A stretch of DNA of 63,807 nucleotides, the filler included, from Octopus bimaculoides (taxonomy: Eukaryota): the NCBI RefSeq assembly GCF_001194135.2. It is 6 parts of 6 records of this genome, joined end to end, with 100 filler letters (N's around TTAATTAATTAA, not from the genome) between each part and the next. Parts side by side here need not be neighbours in the genome. Positions count along the whole stretch, not along the records: positions 1 to 27,988 come from NC_069005.1; 5 more parts are not named here. One strand, 5' to 3'. Each line of letters starts with the position of its first letter. Within the stretch, counting starts at the first letter, position 1. Shown here in pieces: positions 12,521 to 24,550 of this stretch. Below the pieces are notes generated by a model that did no database searches, was not told where the DNA came from, and saw only the letters and a program-made list of their open reading frames with translations. Position numbers and translations under genes: made by a program.

Positions 12521-14164
12521 CTATATATAGATGTATATAGGTGCAAGCATAGCTGTGTGGTAAGAAGTTTCTTTTTTAACCATATGGCTTTAGGTTCAGT
12601 CCTACTGTACAGTACCTTGGGCAAGAGTCTTCTGCTATAGCCTCAGGTTGAGCAAAGCCATGTGAATGGATTCATAGATGGAAATTGAAAGAGACCTTTG
12701 TGTGTGTGTTTGCTTTACATCTGTTTTTCCATGCTAACTTGGGTTAAGTGGAAATTAATTGAAATAGTATTTGATAGCCAGATACTCTTCCTGTCACCAA
12801 CCCTTACCTCTTTTGTAAGTAAAGACAAGTTCTTTTATTCCACGCATTTTCAAAAACACTGAGCTACGGTTTCTTTATAGTGAATGTTAACGTAACAATA
12901 CTGTTTTGTTTGGCTGGTGTTGGCAAGGGCTGAAAGAATTTGTGTTTAAATGAAAATATCTTCTGGTATTTGGTCCTATACAAGTTGGTACCCCCTTTAA
13001 GCTCAGTTTGACATTTGCACTTGCTCCTCACAATACTGATAAAGCCTATTTTTCTACATACCATTGGCAGGGAGATGAGTCGCTGCTACCTACCTCTAGT
13101 GGTTGAGCGTCCATCATTGACAAGACCAAGAAAGGTCAAAATCACATGATTTGGTGGTCTCAGCACTGGAGATAGCATGAGCTTGTCTCTTTGCAAGTGC
13201 TATAAACAAGAGTGCATTTTACACCAAATGCCAATATGAGAGTTTCTCTCATGGTATCAACCACAACATAGTTTGTTATAACAGAACATCCACATTTTAG
13301 CGGGGATAAATATTACCTTTTGCTATTGATATTGCCTCTATCACTAAAATATATTTTTTAAAAGTACTAAGGGTTCAATTCACTTGCCTGAAACTCTTGA
13401 ATGTGATGCTCCAGCATAGCCATGGTGCAATGGTTGAAAATGCTAAAGCATAGTTAATAAAGACATATGATATCAATACCACATTCATCTGTTATATTGG
13501 ATATCATCATATTCATTGTTATCTCATGAGATTATGAGTTCAGTTCTTGAGCTGGGCAATTGTGCCATTTCTTTGAGTAAGGCACATCATCTTGCATTGC
13601 TTCAGTGTACTCAACTAAAAATGAGTATCAGCCAATTACTGGTACATCCCTCTCTCGCTCCAGCTGTCACACCATTGAAGCTCCACTGAGTCAATGCTAT
13701 GGGAGCCATGAATATGTATGTCTGCTTGCAACTACACAGGCACTGAAGAACAAGGAGAACCACGAACATGTGTGTCTGCTTGCAACTACACAGGCACTGA
13801 AAAACAATTTATGAAAGCCGAGTACAAGCTGCGAGTTCATTCACACTGGAAAGTAAGACTGAGCATTGTTATCTCATCAGCACTAGTGTGATAATAACAA
13901 CCACTGTGTCCTCTCCCAAACCATCACTACCACTACACAATGACTGTTGCCATCAGAAAAATCACTACAACGACCATAATAATAGCCACTGATGTTGTTA
14001 CGAGAGAGGGGGGTGTACAGACAATAAAAGGGCCCCTTTGGACCTCAGTGTATCGCTGGTACTAGGGTACTTAATTTTTTTATATCTGTTGAAGTGGGAG
14101 ATGAAGGAGGTAGTGGGGAAATGAAACTGCTTCTTCTGTCGTTCTACTGCATTTCAGAAAAATT

Positions 14165-15060
14165 CACTTGCCACCATTGCCACCACCATCACCATCACCA
14201 CCACCATCACCACTACTACTATGCTCAACAGTTGTGGCTGACCACTATTACCACCACTGCTGCCACTACTACCAACACAGGCCTCTCCACAATCACTGTC
14301 ATCATTATCATTATCTTCACCATCTCCCTCATTCCACCACATCATCATCATCACAACCACCATCACCACCATCACCACCAGCCAGCCAGCCAGCCAGCCA
14401 CTACTACAGTTACCGTGTCTACTTGTTACCATTAATACAGCAACAAGCAGTAGCAGCAGCACCACTACCACCACTAATAACAACTGTACCATCATCACCA
14501 CCACTATCAAAACCATTACCACTACCACCATCACACTCTCCTACCACAACCCACCCCAGCCCCACCACCACCACCACCACCNNNNNNNNNNNNNNNNNNN
14601 NNNNNNNNNNNNNNNNNNNNNNNNNNNNNNNNNNNNNNNNNNNNNNNNNNNNNNNNNNNNNNNNNNNNNNNNNNNNNNNNNNNNNNNNNNNNNNNNNNNN
14701 NNNNNNNNNNNNNNNNNNNNNNNNNNNNNNNNNNNNNNNNNNNNNNNNNNNNNNNNNNNNNNNNNNNNNNNNNNNNNNNNNNNNNNNNNNNNNNNNNNNN
14801 NNNNNNNNNNNTCTACCACCACCACCACAACCACCACCATCACCAAAACCACTACGACACTCACCACCACCACTGCCATACTACAACCAGCTGCAGCTGC
14901 ACCACCACCACCACCACCACCACCACCACCACCACAGCCATCATCACTGAAACCCACAAGGACAATCACCACCATCATAGCTGCAGCAGCAGCAGCAGCA
15001 GCACAATCCAGACCCATCATCATCATCATCATCGTCATCACCGTCATCATAAACCACCAT
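14165..15060. repeat. (CAC)n/(CAT)n/(CAG)n low-complexity block with internal gap
   Basis: Triplet runs generate spurious poly-H/P/T/V ORFs on both strands. Confidence 0.9.
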
Positions 15061-15539
15061 CTATAAAAATTCTATTAGAATTGACTGATTGATCTTGTGT
15101 TCAATGTGATTATGACTCATGGCATTACATCTATATACAGCAGTCAACCTACCAGCTAAGCCAGCTGACTCATACTGCTGTGCAAGAGGGCAGGCTTTTT
15201 TACACCTGCTCTCTTCATGGTGATGGTGGTGGTAGTGGTGGTGGTGGTGGTGGTAGTTGCTATTGCTCTAGTTTCAGGTGGTAACGGGATGCATGCGGTA
15301 GTGGATAACGGCAGGAAGATACTGTCTGCATCCGTGGTGATGGTGTTGGTGTTGGCGATGGTGGTGGTGGTGGTGGAAGTGATAACAATGAACGCTCCAT
15401 CTGGTGTGATGTGGTTGTCGAGGACGTTGACCCCCCCCCTCCCCGGGGAAAGGATGAAAGACAACGTCGACCTTGGCAGAATTTGAAAATGTTGGTGTTG
15501 ACAACAACGACGACAATGATGATGATGACGATGATGATT

Positions 15540-16457
15540 TGTACTATAGGCACAAGGGCCTGAAATTTCTGTGGGCAGGTGATAGTCAGTTACGTTGACC
15601 CTAGTGTGCAACTGGTACTTATTTTATTAACCCTGAAAGGATGAAAGACAAAACCGACCTCAGCAGAATTTGAACTCAGAACAAAGCTTCATCCATCATG
15701 CTAATGATTCTCCCAGCTTCTTGTAGTACTACTACTACTACTAATGATGATGATGATGATGATGATATTAATAACATCAATGATAATAATAATAATAATG
15801 ATAATAATAATCCTTTCTACTATAGGCACAAGGCCTGAAATTTGTGGGGACTAGTACTTATTTTATTGACCCCGGAAAGGATGAAAGGCAAAGTCGACCT
15901 TAACAGAATTTGAACTCAGAACGAAAAGACGGACGAAATGCCGTTAAGCATATCACTCAGTGTGCTAACGATTCTGCCAGCTTGCTACCTTAATAATAAT
16001 AATAATAATAATAATAGTGCTTTCAAATTTTGGTACAAGACCAGAAATTTTGGTGGACAGATTAAGTTGATTACACTGACCCCCAGTGTTCAACTGGTAC
16101 TTTTTTTATTGACCCCCAAAAAGATACCAAGCAAAGTCAATGTTGGCAGCATTTGAACACAGAACATGAAGATGGATGAAATGCTGTTTGCCCCGTGTGC
16201 TAACAATTCTGATAGCTCACTGCCTTACTATTACTACCACTAGCATTATTATTATTAATAAGGTGGTGAGCCAGAAGAATTGTCAGCATGTATTTTGTCC
16301 CTTTCATCTGCTGCTACGTTCTGAGTTCAAGTTCCGCAGAGGTCAACTTTGCCTTTCATCCTTTTGGGGTTGATAAAATAAGCACCACTGGGGTCAATGT
16401 AATTGACTTATTCCCCTCCCTTGAAATTGCTGGCCTTGTGCTAAAATTTGAAGTCAA

Positions 16458-16460
<3 letters not shown>
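15540..16460. mobile_element. Stack of four family A SINEs (15540-15720 -, 15811-15992 -, 16018-16227 -, 16258-16460 +)
   Basis: Each copy has the gtacc/ctttcatcc/gttcaaa motifs and is separated by (AAT)n or (GAT)n. Confidence 0.85.
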
Positions 16461-16494
<34 letters not shown>

Positions 16495-16496
<2 letters not shown>

Positions 16497-17225
16497 GGAA
16501 AACCAGTATAATGCTGAAAAAGGAATCACAAATAATTAAAACATGCCCTATACTCATAAGAAGAGGGATTTTCCAAGGAGACTCACTGTCACCTACCTGC
16601 TTTTCTGCCTTGCTCTGCCTCCACTTACAAACTTGTTAAATGAAACCACCATGGGTTATAGATGCTATGGACAAGCAGTAAATCATCTCCTATACACAGA
16701 TGACTTAAAGATGTTCACTAAAAAGACCATAGAACGGAATAACCTAAAAATTGTTCATAGTTTCAGCAAGACCATCGACATGAGCTGGACGAATGTGCCA
16801 AAGTGACATTGAGAAGAGGCAAATTAATCAGCACTGAAGACATTGCACTTGACATAAACACAGAAATCAGTGGATTAGACCACAATCACCCTTACAAATA
16901 TCTAGGAATAGACGAAATAGCTAAAATACAACCCACAGAAATGAAAGAGAAAATTAGGAGAGAACGTTAGAGAAGTGTTAGGCTAATATTAAACACTGAA
17001 CTCAATGCTAAAAATAAGATAATAGGGATAAACATGTTAGCCACATCAGTCATGAATTACAGCTTCAACGTAATGAACTGGAAGATCAGTGAATTGATAA
17101 ACTTAGAAAGAAAAACCAGGAAACTGTTAACAGCATACCAAAGTTATCACTCCAAAACAGACAAAGACGGAATATATCTACCCCACTTAGAAGGAAGGCA
17201 TGGCCTGAGAGATGGAGAGCTACCA
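16495..17225 (+). pseudogene. R4/Dong-clade reverse transcriptase fragment
   Basis: RRGIFQGDSLSP, NHLLYTDDLKMF (YxDD), YKYLGI, ELNAKNKI, LERKTRKLL, across frameshifts. Confidence 0.9.
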
Positions 17226-17712
17226 TAAAATAACATCTGATCATTGTTTGTTCAATTACCATAGCTCCTTATAAAACTCATTAAACCTCTCTATATGATA
17301 CATCAGTATTATCATTAATATTCTGAATATAGTAGAAAAGGCAGTTATAGGAAGAAATATATATATAATTCAAGAATGAATTTAATTAACTGAATAAAAT
17401 ATAAGTACTATAAATGCAATAAAATTAAATACTGGACCCATGGCTTGAGAAGTTAGATCTTCTGGGTTTTCTCAGTGGAATTTGGTTATGTTTGAGCAAG
17501 AGGTCACGAAAGGGTCATTTGATCCTTTCATGGAATCATCAATTCCAATCGCGTAAATTTCTCAAATAAAATTAAAAAGTGTAATTAATAAAAGAATTTA
17601 TTGGTTTAAAAACAATAATTTCTTTGTTCTTTCATGTCATTATTGCTTTAATAAGATTTAATAAATTGATGAACAATAAAAATTCAGTCATGTTATATTG
17701 ATATATATAGTG

Positions 17713-18045
17713 GCAAAGGTGCATGGCTCAGTGGTTAGAGTATTGAGCTTACAATTGTGAGGTTGTGAGTTCAATTCCTGGACTTGGGCTTTGTGTTGTG
17801 TTCTTGAGCAAGACACTTTATTTCACGTTGCTCCATTTCACTCATCTGTAGAAATGAGCTGCGATGTCACTGGTACCAAGCTATATCGGCCTTTGCCTTT
17901 CCCTTGGATAACATCGGTGGAATGGAGGAGGGATGCTGGTTTGCATGGGTGTTCCATATCCTTGCCCAGTCTTGTGCCTTGGAGGGTAACTTTCTAGGAA
18001 CCATTCCATGGTCATTCATGACTGAAGGGGGTCTTTATTCCTTTT
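17713..18045 (+). mobile_element. SINE family D
   Basis: tggctcagtggttagag...gtgagttcaattcctgg plus the CORE-like segment. Confidence 0.85.
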
Positions 18046-18139
18046 AGTTGCAATATCTATCCTGCTGGATAGCCACATGGTTCTCCAAGGATCAATATTA
18101 AACACTTTGTCAATCCCTGTGATGAACATGGAAGAAAGA

Positions 18140-18312
18140 CAAAGAATGACTGTGTGGTTAAGAAGCTCCCTTTGCAACCAAGGGGTTTAGGGTTCAGTCT
18201 CACTGTACAACATCTTGGACAAGTGTCTTCTACTATTGCCCCAGGCTGACCAATACCTTGTTAGTAAATTTGATAAACAGAAGCTGTGTGATCCATTGTG
18301 TGTGTGTGTGTG

Positions 18313-18352
<40 letters not shown>

Positions 18353-18545
18353 TGCAGGCATGGCTGTGCGGTAAGAAACTTGCATCTCAACCATATGGTT
18401 CCGGGTTCAGTCCCACTGCGTGGCACCTTGGGCAAGTGTTTTCTACTATAGTCTTGGGCTGACCAAAGCCTTGTGAGCGGATTTAAGTCCATTCAAGGCG
18501 GTGCTCTAGCATGGCCGCAATCAAATGACTGAAACAAGTAAAAGA
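18140..18545 (+). mobile_element. Two family B SINE heads in tandem plus a 3' end
   Basis: gtgtggttaagaag/gcggtaagaa heads at about 18150 and 18360; ggcggtgctctagcatggccgca tail. Confidence 0.8.
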
Positions 18546-18690
18546 ATAACAAGATATATATATTTGGGTGTATTTGTATTTTTGTCTCCCTGGCTTGGGT
18601 CAAACTGCATTTGTTGTACAAAACACTTTCCCAAGGTGTTACATACTGAGATTGAACTTGGGGGGTTTCATGATTTTGAAAAAAAATTGT

Positions 18691-19542
18691 TCCAAATTTT
18701 GGCTCCTGGCCAGGAATTCTGATGGGCAGTGGAAGTCAGTTACATTGACCCCACTTTATTTCATTGACCGTGAAATGGTAACAGATGAAGCCAACGTCAG
18801 TGGGACTTTTACTCAATGTAAAGAGTCAGAAGAAAAGATGCTAAACTTTTTATCTGACATGTTAACTATTCTGTCAGCCCACTACCTTAATAAGAACAAT
18901 AACCCTTTCTTCTATAGGCACAAGGTCTGAAATTTCAGGAGAGGAGTTAAGTCAATTACATTAATCCCAGTACACAACTAGTACTATTTTATTGACTCTG
19001 AAAAGATGAAAGGCAAAGTTGACCTTCATGGCATTTGAACTCAGAACGTAAGGATGGATGAAATGCCGCTAAGAATTTTTCACAGTGTGCTAATGATTCT
19101 ACCAGCTCACTGCCTTCAAAATACTTTCAAGTTTTGGTACAAGGCCACTAATTTTGGCGGGCAGTGAAATAGTTGCTTACAATGACCTCAGTGTTTCACT
19201 GGTACTTTATTTTATCTATCCTAAAAGGATGAAAGGGAAAGTTAATCATGGCAGGATTTGAACTCAGAGCAAAAAGAAGTGAGGAAAAAAAATGTTACTA
19301 AGCATTTTGTTTGCAACAACAGCAATAATAATCCTTTTTACTCCAGGCACAAAGCTTGAAATTTAGGGGAGGGTGTAAGTCAATTATATTGACCCCCAGT
19401 ACTCAACTGGTAGTTAATTTAGTGAGCCCCAGATGAAAGGCTAAGTCAACCTTGGTGGAATTTGAACTCAGAACAAAGATAAATGAAATGCTGTTAAGCG
19501 TTTTGTCTGGCATATTAATTATTCTGTTATCTTACTGCCTTA
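18691..19542 (-). mobile_element. Head-to-tail stack of four family A SINEs
   Basis: Copies at about 18691-18889, 18903-19116, 19123-19312 and 19331-19542, all on the minus strand. Confidence 0.85.
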
Positions 19543-19900
19543 ATACTAATAATGGAGAGTTGTGGCATGGACAACTTGTCTCAATTGTAAAGTATTTCAG
19601 TGCAGATGTAGACATATAGCAAGGTACTTTGAAGATCCTTGTGAGTTTACTCCTCTTTTTGAAGGAATCAGGTACCAGTCCTTCATTATTGTAAGTTACT
19701 ACATTGCTTTTCATCTCTTTCCTTCATCTTTTACTAAACTCATGGAAACTCCAACATGAAATTGCATCAGTCTTTTCTAAAATCTGATTCTTTCTATAAC
19801 ACAATTAGTCTACTTGTTAAGCTGATTGTTATACTTTCCAATTTGCGGGATTGTTACGTGTGGTGTAGTTAATGTTATTTTTTTCCTTGTGCTTTTAATT

Positions 19901-19934
<34 letters not shown>

Positions 19935-19967
19935 AAATTTACGAATATTTAAATTTTCTTTCTGTAG

Positions 19968-20165
<198 letters not shown>

Positions 20166-20494
20166 TAAAATATACCGGCAATGATTGTAACGTCTCTGGT
20201 GAATCTTTCATTATAATTAATATACATGTGTGTTTGTTAAACACCCCCACCCAATTTTTTTTTTGTTTTATGTAACAGATGAATAAAATGTATACATGTT
20301 GATGATTTGCAAATGAGTAAAACAATTCACAGCTAGTAACCAAATAAATATAAATATACAGTGTAAAGTCCTGTTTCGAATCATGAGTCTGTACATTGCA
20401 TCAACAAAACATCTGTTATGCATCTTGGATAGTTTGAATTACTTAAGAGTCTCTCTTTAACATCCCTATGAAATTTCCAAACTATTGTCTAAAT

Positions 20495-20860
20495 CAGTGT
20501 TCTTCAATCTGTTTCACTTATGGTACACTTATATTCTTTCCAAAATTCGGTGGCACACCTGAACTAAAAATATAACTAAAGATATAGGGAAAAAAATTAT
20601 AGGGGAGGAAAAAAAGTAAAGGGAAAAAAATTATTGGGGAAAAAATTATAGGGGAAAAAAGTATAGGGAAAAAATTATAGGGGAAAAAAGTATAGGGAAC
20701 AAAAAAGTATAGGGAAAAAAATTATTGGGGAAAAAATTATAGGGGAAAAAAGTATAGGGAAAAAATTATAGGGGGGAAAAGTATAGGGAAAAAATTATAC
20801 TCAGGTTATACTGCCACACACCTAGTATTGTCTCGCGGCATACTGTTTGGCGGAGCATTG
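20495..20860. mobile_element. hAT-like non-autonomous element containing a minisatellite
   Basis: 8-bp TSD gtctaaat (20487-20494) / gtctaaac (20861-20868); degenerate TIRs cagtgttc / caatgctc. Confidence 0.6.
20582..20800. repeat. ~16-18 bp degenerate minisatellite (tatagggaaaaaaat / tataggggaaaaaag)
   Basis: Visible tandem units of TATA-G3to6-A5to7. Confidence 0.9.
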
Positions 20861-21469
20861 GTCTAAACAAGAGAATTTGTAGGTTTGAAGATTAAGCTAA
20901 GAAAATACTTAAAATTCATTTAGAACTTGTGCCATAGATTCTGTTATTGGATTTGTTACCTTTTTGTGGGACTCACATTTCTGAGAGCCCATCTGTAGTT
21001 TGTGGAACTCACATTGATAAGAATATAAATATTTTTAGAAATAGACTTAAAAGATAGTTACATATGAATAAGATTACTTACCCAATATATAGTTAGGTTT
21101 TTATATCTCTGATGACTTCATTTTGGCAGTCTGATTTCTTGAATGTGACAAACTTCAGAAACTAGCTTCATATTTCTTGTGATTAGTTATATATATATAT
21201 TTTGGAGAAAAAGGGAAGTCACTGAAAAGGTCGCAAACAGTGATGAAAGAACTTTGACTAACAAACAACCGATTGATTGTTTAACCAACACATTAAAGAA
21301 ACTTTCGATTAGTTAGTTGATTAAATATTTAACCAATTGACTAACAATAAAGAAGTGATATTGAACCAGTGCATGTGTTGTTAATTGTGTAACGACTCTC
21401 ACAAGACACAAGGTTTGTTTCAACACATGAATTCACATCAAGAATCTTGCAAACCAGATACAAAAAGCA

Positions 21470-21515
<46 letters not shown>

Positions 21516-22434
21516 CATCGCCGATTCCTATGGATCGCATAAATTGTAATTCTTCGAAACATATGTCGGAATAAAGTATGCAGTTATAACATGCGTTTTC
21601 TCCATTCCTTAAATTTTTAAATATATNNNNNNNNNNNNNNNNNNNNNNNNNNNNNNNNNNNNNNNNNNNNNNNNNNNNNNNNNNNNNNNNNNNNNNNNNN
21701 NNNNNNNNNNNNNNNNNNNNNNNNNNNNNNNNNNNNNNNNNNNNNNNNNNNNNNNNNNNNNNNNNNNNNNNNNNNNNNNNNNNNNNNNNNNNNNNNNNNN
21801 NNNNNNNNNNNNNNNNNNNNNNNNNNNNNNNNNNNNNNNNNNNNNNNNNNNNNNNNNNNNNNNNNNNNNNNNNNNNNNNNNNNNNNNNNNNNATATATAT
21901 ATATATATATAGGAAGAGCAGCTGACTATCATCAAAATGACTGATTGTTGTATGTCATAAAATATAAAAATTGACCGATAGAAAGTCATAACTGCAACAT
22001 AGTATTTACTGTTTAGGCATCTTAACAATATGCACTTATGATCTGTTGTCTATAGCTGGTATGGTATGATGCCTAACTGATTTCTTGTGTTGCTGAATTT
22101 ATCAAATGTCAGTTATTGATCTATAGATCTGAAGTTTAGTTTCTGAAGGAGTGACAACTCTTTGATATCTGGTGCTCTCTGGTAGCTGAGTTACTGTTGT
22201 AATATAATAACTGAAGGTTACTGCCATATCATACTTGAATGATGCAGATAAATGATTGCTATATATATATATAATTAAAGACCATAAGTGTTTGAATATT
22301 GACTGTTGTTATATTGGCCAGAAAAGTCATAGATGAGGGGGTTTTACTTCATTTTCAAACTACTCTGTTTTTTTTATGAGATTTCTATCCCCACCTTTTT
22401 TTTTTACATTCAAAAGTTGTTTTTGCTTCAGCAA

Positions 22435-22479
<45 letters not shown>

Positions 22480-22748
22480 TTTGCAAAGTAAATTCCTTTG
22501 AAGTCTGTAAGCAATTTTTTGGCCTTTATATTTGATCGTGATATTGTCTTCAACTACATTTACCAATATTTTTTTCAATATGAAACAACATTGTGTTGTC
22601 AGTGGAGTTGGCTGTCATAATTTGACTTATCACATTATTAAATTTTTTTTTTCCTTAATTTTAAGTTGGGAAGAAACTCGGATTAAAAATGTAGATACAT
22701 ATTTTTCATTCATTATTCATTTTTATTTTATTTTTACCTTTTGTGCAG

Positions 22749-22766
22749 AGTGCTGAAGGGATAAAG
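22749..22766 (+). CDS. unc-104: Candidate 18-nt microexon (SAEGIK) in loop 12 of the kinesin-3 motor
   Basis: AG-free T-rich tract 22695-22746, tgcag|AGTGCTGAAGGGATAAAG|gtaagg. It is a multiple of 3, phase 0 and stop-free. Same position and length as the 6-aa vertebrate exon as I recall it (KIF1A DSGPNK, KIF1B DNCTSK). Confidence 0.8.
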
Positions 22767-23439
22767 GTAAGGCTTTTAAAAGGGGTCTGTGTATGTGATA
22801 TTGTCCTCCTTTATGTTTGTGGCTAGCTATGAAATTGCTCCTAAATGTTTGTATGTATGTGCCTTTGTCCTCTGATGTAGTGCAGTTTTCCGATATAGGT
22901 AACCAAGACTTAGTGCAACACATGCACCTTAAATACTCCAACAGAATCCTCCCAGTTCCTTTAAAACAAAACCCTTCATGTTGATAACAAAACATTTATA
23001 GTGCACATCTATTGCTTTTCTTATCAGTCTAAAAAATGGTTTGAGAATTATTCAGGACCAGAAGATAAATAGAATATTTTATTTAAAGTTTAGAAAATAT
23101 TTTAGGAAGAGACAAAGAAAACTTGTTATATTTTTATTAGTTTGAATTCTAAAATATTCTAATGTTCTTGTTGTTTAGAATCATAGAAATGTTTTTACCA
23201 ATTCTTCAAATTTTACTTAATATTCTGCTGAAGATGTTTTTACATAATTCTTTGTTAATGAAAGAAATGATGAGTTGAAAGAAAAGAAAAAAAATTGGAA
23301 TTGCTTGATAGACATGAATGGCACCTTTCCTTCACAATGTCTTCTCTGTGTTATAGCAGAAAAAAAAAAAGAATAGAATTAAGCAGAAATTCTATTTATT
23401 CTATAAAACCTAATTCTAACCAAAGGGATTAACAGATAT

Positions 23440-23864
23440 TGCTACCAAGAATGTAGCATGACCAAACCTGAAGACTTTCCCATCTCCAGTGATCCAACAG
23501 TGTGTTTGGTACATTGTTTAAACTGCAACCTAAGAGGTGAAAGGGTGAGGCAATTGAGACTGGTATTAGAACTGAGATAGGTGCTACTAAAACAGTACCA
23601 TATTGTATTCTGCAAGAATCCTAAGACATAGTTGTGAAATCTGAGGTGACTTGTGATCACCAATCCTCAGGATAATATCTCTGCTAACTAAATTAGCATG
23701 TAATAGATTTATAATAATAATAATAATAATAATAAGGTTTAATTGAATAATAATAATAATAGTAATAATAATAATGTTGATAATGATAAAGACAACAAAA
23801 ACAATGATAATACTGATATTAATAATAATGACATTGATAATGATAATGAGAACAAGAATAATGA

Positions 23865-23925
<61 letters not shown>

Positions 23926-24525
23926 CAGGTATCGAGGAATATAAAGGAAATCAGATTAGTGTGCTCCTTGGCATAGCAAGAATCATCAGAAAAATATTAG
24001 ATAGTTGAAAAGAACAGGTAGCATGGTACTGTAAGCTGCAGGTAGCAATCCTCTAGGAGTTCCAACAAAATCTGAGTTAATAATAATAATGATAATTGGG
24101 GTACAAAAATTCAAACGGATACGCAAAGGGAGCATTTAAACTCAATAGGCTAAGGGAACAGTCAAACCCAATACTCAATAAAGATAAAAGTGTTGCTTAA
24201 TCAATGTTGCTTGCCCATTTTAATACAAGAATGCTTGACAAAGAATGTGAGAAAATGAAAATGTCAGAACCCAAAATATGGACTTCAGAGAATCTGGAAT
24301 TACTGTAAAGTTATCATTTTCTCAATTGTAATAGGAGCCCTAGGAACTGTTGCAAGGATTTTTAATGGTTAGTTTGAAGATATTGGCTATTGAAATATGA
24401 ATTTTTTAACTCAACAGAAACCTAGTTTGTTTGGCCCAGCAAGAACCATATGAATGGTGCTATGCAACTTGATATCTTGCAGTCTAATACTAGCAGAACA
24501 ACAATGAAATACTGAGTGAGCAAAA
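23440..24525 (+). pseudogene. Three successive R4/Dong-like 3' ends (about 23440-23710, 23925-24080, 24105-24525), each followed by (TAA)n
   Basis: Terminal motifs SARILRH, VLLGIARIIRKIL and IVIGALG match the RLE C-terminus seen at 2350-2390. Confidence 0.7.
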
Positions 24526-24550
24526 GAATAATAATAATGATAATAATAAT

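Noticed and set aside
14094-15611. Long poly-His/Pro/Val/Thr ORFs (up to 260 aa)
   Set aside because: They are products of CAC/CAT/GGT triplet repeats and N-runs, with no splice-compatible or domain-like content.
21505-21585. Hammerhead-like GAAACATATGTC with attcc/ggaat stem
   Set aside because: The CUGANGA core is not recognisable and stem II does not pair.
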